Below are positions 20,926 through 23,973 of a stretch of DNA of 23,973 nt, piece after piece. Position 1 is the first letter of the stretch. Every line of letters starts with the position of its first letter. The notes below the pieces were generated by a model. It had not been told where the DNA came from. It made no database searches and saw only the letters and a list, made by a program, of their open reading frames with translations. The DNA comes from Octopus sinensis (Eukaryota): the NCBI RefSeq assembly GCF_006345805.1, contig NW_021836499.1, positions 1 to 23,973 of the forward strand, in the 5' to 3' direction. A program made the position numbers and the translations under genes.

Positions 20926-21121
20926 ACCCTCACCTGTTATATATTTTTTTAGAACTCTTAAAACAAATACATTTCTCTGACTTTTGTTTCTATTATATTC
21001 TTAAGTAATATGTTTAACATGTTCTGAATATCTTAATGTATTTGTTGTATTAATGTATGTGAAAAATAGAAGATAATTATATATATGTATGTATGTATGC
21101 ATGTATGTATGTATGTGTGTA

Positions 21122-21168
<47 letters not shown>

Positions 21169-21438
21169 TCAGGGTGAATACTTGATAAATGTAAGCACCT
21201 GTATATGCCAGCTAGTAGCAGAGGTGAGAGGATATATGTATCAAATGAAATAAAAAACAGAACACAAAGGATGTCGCGGTACACGTGTTTCAAGCTTTAT
21301 AAAACAACTTATTCTTACATCAATGTATAATCGACATAACGTATATATATATATATATATAAATTTAAATTCAAAATATTTCAAAATTCCTTTCTTAGTG
21401 TTAAGACCATAGTGGATCTTCTAGCATAAAAGGGCATT

Positions 21439-21592
21439 AGGCGTTAGAAAGGGCATCCAGCCGTAGAAACATTCCCAGATCAGACTGGGCCTGGTGCAGC
21501 CTTCTGGCTTCCCAGACCCCAGTTGAACTGTCCAACCCATGCTAGCATGGAAAGCGGACGCTAAACGATGATGATGATGATGATGATGATGA

Positions 21593-21595
<3 letters not shown>
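21439..21595 (+). mobile_element. 3' portion of SINE family E with a (GAT)n tail
   Basis: GGCGTTAGAAAGGGCATCCAGCCGTAGAAAC...AACCCATGCTAGCATGGAAAGCGGACGCTAAACGATGATG, similar to 23370-23516. Confidence 0.85.
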
Positions 21596-21635
<40 letters not shown>

Positions 21636-21693
21636 TACATACATACATACATACATACATACATACATACATACATACATACATACATACATA

Positions 21694-22962
21694 CAGGGTG
21701 TAATGGGTAAATTGTATTCATCTTATGTTTTTAATTTCGTGCATGAGAATTGTTTTCGATTTTGTCGACTACACAGTATAGTAGGGACAGTTGGGCATGC
21801 AGCATCTGTGAGAAAAAGAGCACTATGATGCAATTGACTCTGCCAGAAATTTGAAAACTACATAATGTGCCAGAAGCTCCAATATGAACATTTCAGAGTG
21901 TTTTGGTGTCACTCTGAAGACAGTGCAATCTGACAACATGTACTGAGAGTGATAAAAATCAAACATCCACTCAACATCATGCTGTTTGGAGTGATTCTAG
22001 TGATGGCAATGTTATGCCTCTATTCAGCCTCCTGCATGGCCTCAGACTCAACATGGAGGCCTACATCAAGTTCCTGGAGGAGGTAGTTCTGCCCTTATTC
22101 AGGAGGGTGGCTGCTGGAGGACCCCATGTCTGGCAACAGGACTTTGCATCATACCACACAAGCAGGAGAACCCAGTCATGGCTGTCAGACAATTTCTGTG
22201 ACCACATCACCCCTAACATCTGGCCACTTAACTCACCACACTACAACCCACTTCATATTATGTGTGGAGTGGAGGCGCAATGGCCCAGTGGTTAGGGCAG
22301 CGGACTCGCGGCCGTAGGATCGCGGTTTCGATTCCCAGACCGGGCGTTGTGAGTGTTTATTGAGCGAAAACACCTAAAGCTCCACGACGCTCCGGCAGGG
22401 ATGGTGGTGATCCCTGCTGTACTCTTTCACTCACCACAACTTTCTCTCACTCTTACTTTCTGTTTCTGTTGTACCTGTATTTCAAAGGGCCGGCCTTGTC
22501 ACTCTCTGTGTCACGCTGAATATCCCCGAGAACTATGTTAAGGCCTTGTCCTGTGGAGTGCTCAGCCACTTACAAGTTAATTTCACGAGCAGGCTGTTCC
22601 ATTGAATCGATCAACCGGAACCCTCGTCGTCGTAACCGAGGGAGTGCTTCCCCCATTATGTGTGGAGTGCAGTTGAGCAAGAGACCAACAAAATTCCTAG
22701 TGACACCAAAAATGAACTGAAGGCAAGGATTATGGCAGCATTCACTAACTTAAACAAGGAGACCGTCCAGAAGAATTGCAGCAGGTTCTGAAGTCGTCTG
22801 GAGGCCATGGTTGAAGCCAATGGCGATTCTATTGAATAAATTTACTCTTTAATATTTCAAGATATTTTTATGTAATTTTGGTAAATATATCTGTTAAAAT
22901 GTGATGTCAGTGTTATTTTCATTTTTGCGTAATTTAGATGGCAATTTATTCACCACACCCAG
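21694..22962 (+). mobile_element. Internally deleted Tc1/mariner-superfamily maT (DD37D) transposon
   Basis: Imperfect 21-bp TIRs (21694-21714 and 22942-22962, 16/21 matches) with TA on both sides. The transposase remnant reads KHPLNIMLFGVI...WQQDFASYHTSRRTQSWLSDNFCDHITPNIWPLNSPHYNPLH, with 37 residues between the QQD aspartate and the position of the third catalytic D (mutated to H). It continues as VEQETNK...NELKARIMAAF after the SINE. Confidence 0.85.
22270..22654 (+). mobile_element. SINE family D inserted in the maT transposase, with TSD
   Basis: TSD ATTATGTGTGGAG(TG) at 22257-22271 and 22655-22669. Confidence 0.95.
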
Positions 22963-22987
22963 TATATATATTCTTTTATTCTATTAT

Positions 22988-23750
22988 TCTTTTACTTGTT
23001 TCAGTCAACTGACTGTAGCCATGGTTGAGCACCATGTTTAGACGAACAAACTGACCACAGGACTTATTCCTTGTAAGCCTAGTACTCGTTCTATTGGTGT
23101 CTTTTGCCGAACCACTGTTACAGAGACATAAACACACCAACAGCGGTTGTCAAGCAACAGAGACACAGACACACAAATATATATATATTTTTATGTGTCG
23201 GTGGCACGTAAAAAGCACCATCCGAATCGTGGCCGAAGCCAGTGCCACCTCGACTGGCTTCCGTGCAGGTGGCACGTAAAATGCACCAATCCGACTGTGG
23301 CTGATGCCAGCCTCGTCTGGCACCTGTGCCGGTGGCACGTAAAAAGCACCCACTACACTCACGGAGTGGTTGGCGTTAGGAAGGGCATCCAGCTGTAGAA
23401 ACATTGCCAGATAAGACCGGAGCCTTGTGCGCAGCCTGCTGGCTTCCCAGATCCCCGTCGAACCGTCCAACCCATGCTAGCATGGAGAACGGACGTTAAA
23501 CAATGATGATGATGATGAATGATATATATATATATATAATATATCTATATATATATATACGTTTGTATGTACGTATTACGTATGTATGTATGTATGTATG
23601 TATACGTTGGGCTTCTTTCAGTTCTGTCTACCAAATCTACTCACAAGGCTTTGGACGGCATGAGGCTATAGTAGAAGAAACTTGCCCAAGGTGCCATACA
23701 GTAGGACTGAACCTGGAATCATGTGGTTGGGAAGCAAGATTCTTACCACA
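22988..23750 (-). mobile_element. Diverged SINE family A interrupted by SINE family E
   Basis: 3' module at 22988-23180 and 5' module at 23602-23750, both on the minus strand. Confidence 0.85.
23193..23520 (+). mobile_element. 5'-truncated SINE family E with three internal ~65-bp repeats
   Basis: GGTGGCACGTAAAA at 23200, 23268 and 23331, then GGTTGGCGTTAGGAAGGGCATCCAGC and a (GAT)n tail. Confidence 0.85.
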
Positions 23751-23973
23751 CACACACACACGCATATAATGTGTATGTGTGTGTTCGTGTGTGTTTGTGT
23801 GTGTATGTGTATGTGTATGCGTGCATATAGACAGATAGACAGATATATATATAAAGAGAGAGAGATAGATAGATAGACAGATAGATAGATAGAATATAGA
23901 TAGATAGATAGATAGAAAGAGATAGATAGATAGATAGATAGACAGATAGATAGATAGATAGATAGATAGATAG
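23750..23973. repeat. (CA)n/(TG)n/(GATA)n microsatellites
   Basis: Seen directly in the sequence. Confidence 0.95.

Larger units (their letters stand above)
19579..21059. mobile_element. Inverted-repeat element with hammerhead-bearing arms (19579-19979 and 20834-21059)
   Basis: The right arm is the reverse complement of the left arm, except for ~163 bp (19652-19814) and a short segment near 19863 that are present only on the left. Confidence 0.8.

Noticed and set aside
23200-23350. Repeat-spacer pattern resembling a CRISPR array
   Set aside because: The context is a eukaryotic SINE, the spacers are related to each other, there are only three units, and there are no cas genes.

Overview
AT-rich, repeat-saturated animal DNA (intronic or intergenic). 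The SINE families suggest a cephalopod, probably Octopus; this is inferred from recalled repeat families, not from a search. No intact host gene, rRNA, tRNA gene or CRISPR array is supportable, and nearly every entry in the ORF track is a SINE or microsatellite translation. The window holds about 20 tRNA-derived SINE copies or fragments from about 5 families. It also holds fossils of a CR1/L2-type LINE, a Buster-type hAT transposase, two Penelope-like (PLE) coding remnants and an RTE 3' end, plus a non-autonomous Helitron, a mariner derivative built from two left ends, and a maT (DD37D) element interrupted by a SINE. The most notable signal is two unrelated ORF-less elements (14284-14605 and 19579-21059), each an inverted duplication of a type I hammerhead ribozyme motif, with both hammerheads reading outward from the centre. 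A third, decayed hammerhead and a cluster of near-perfect palindromes and an exact direct repeat (12726-14219) lie nearby.
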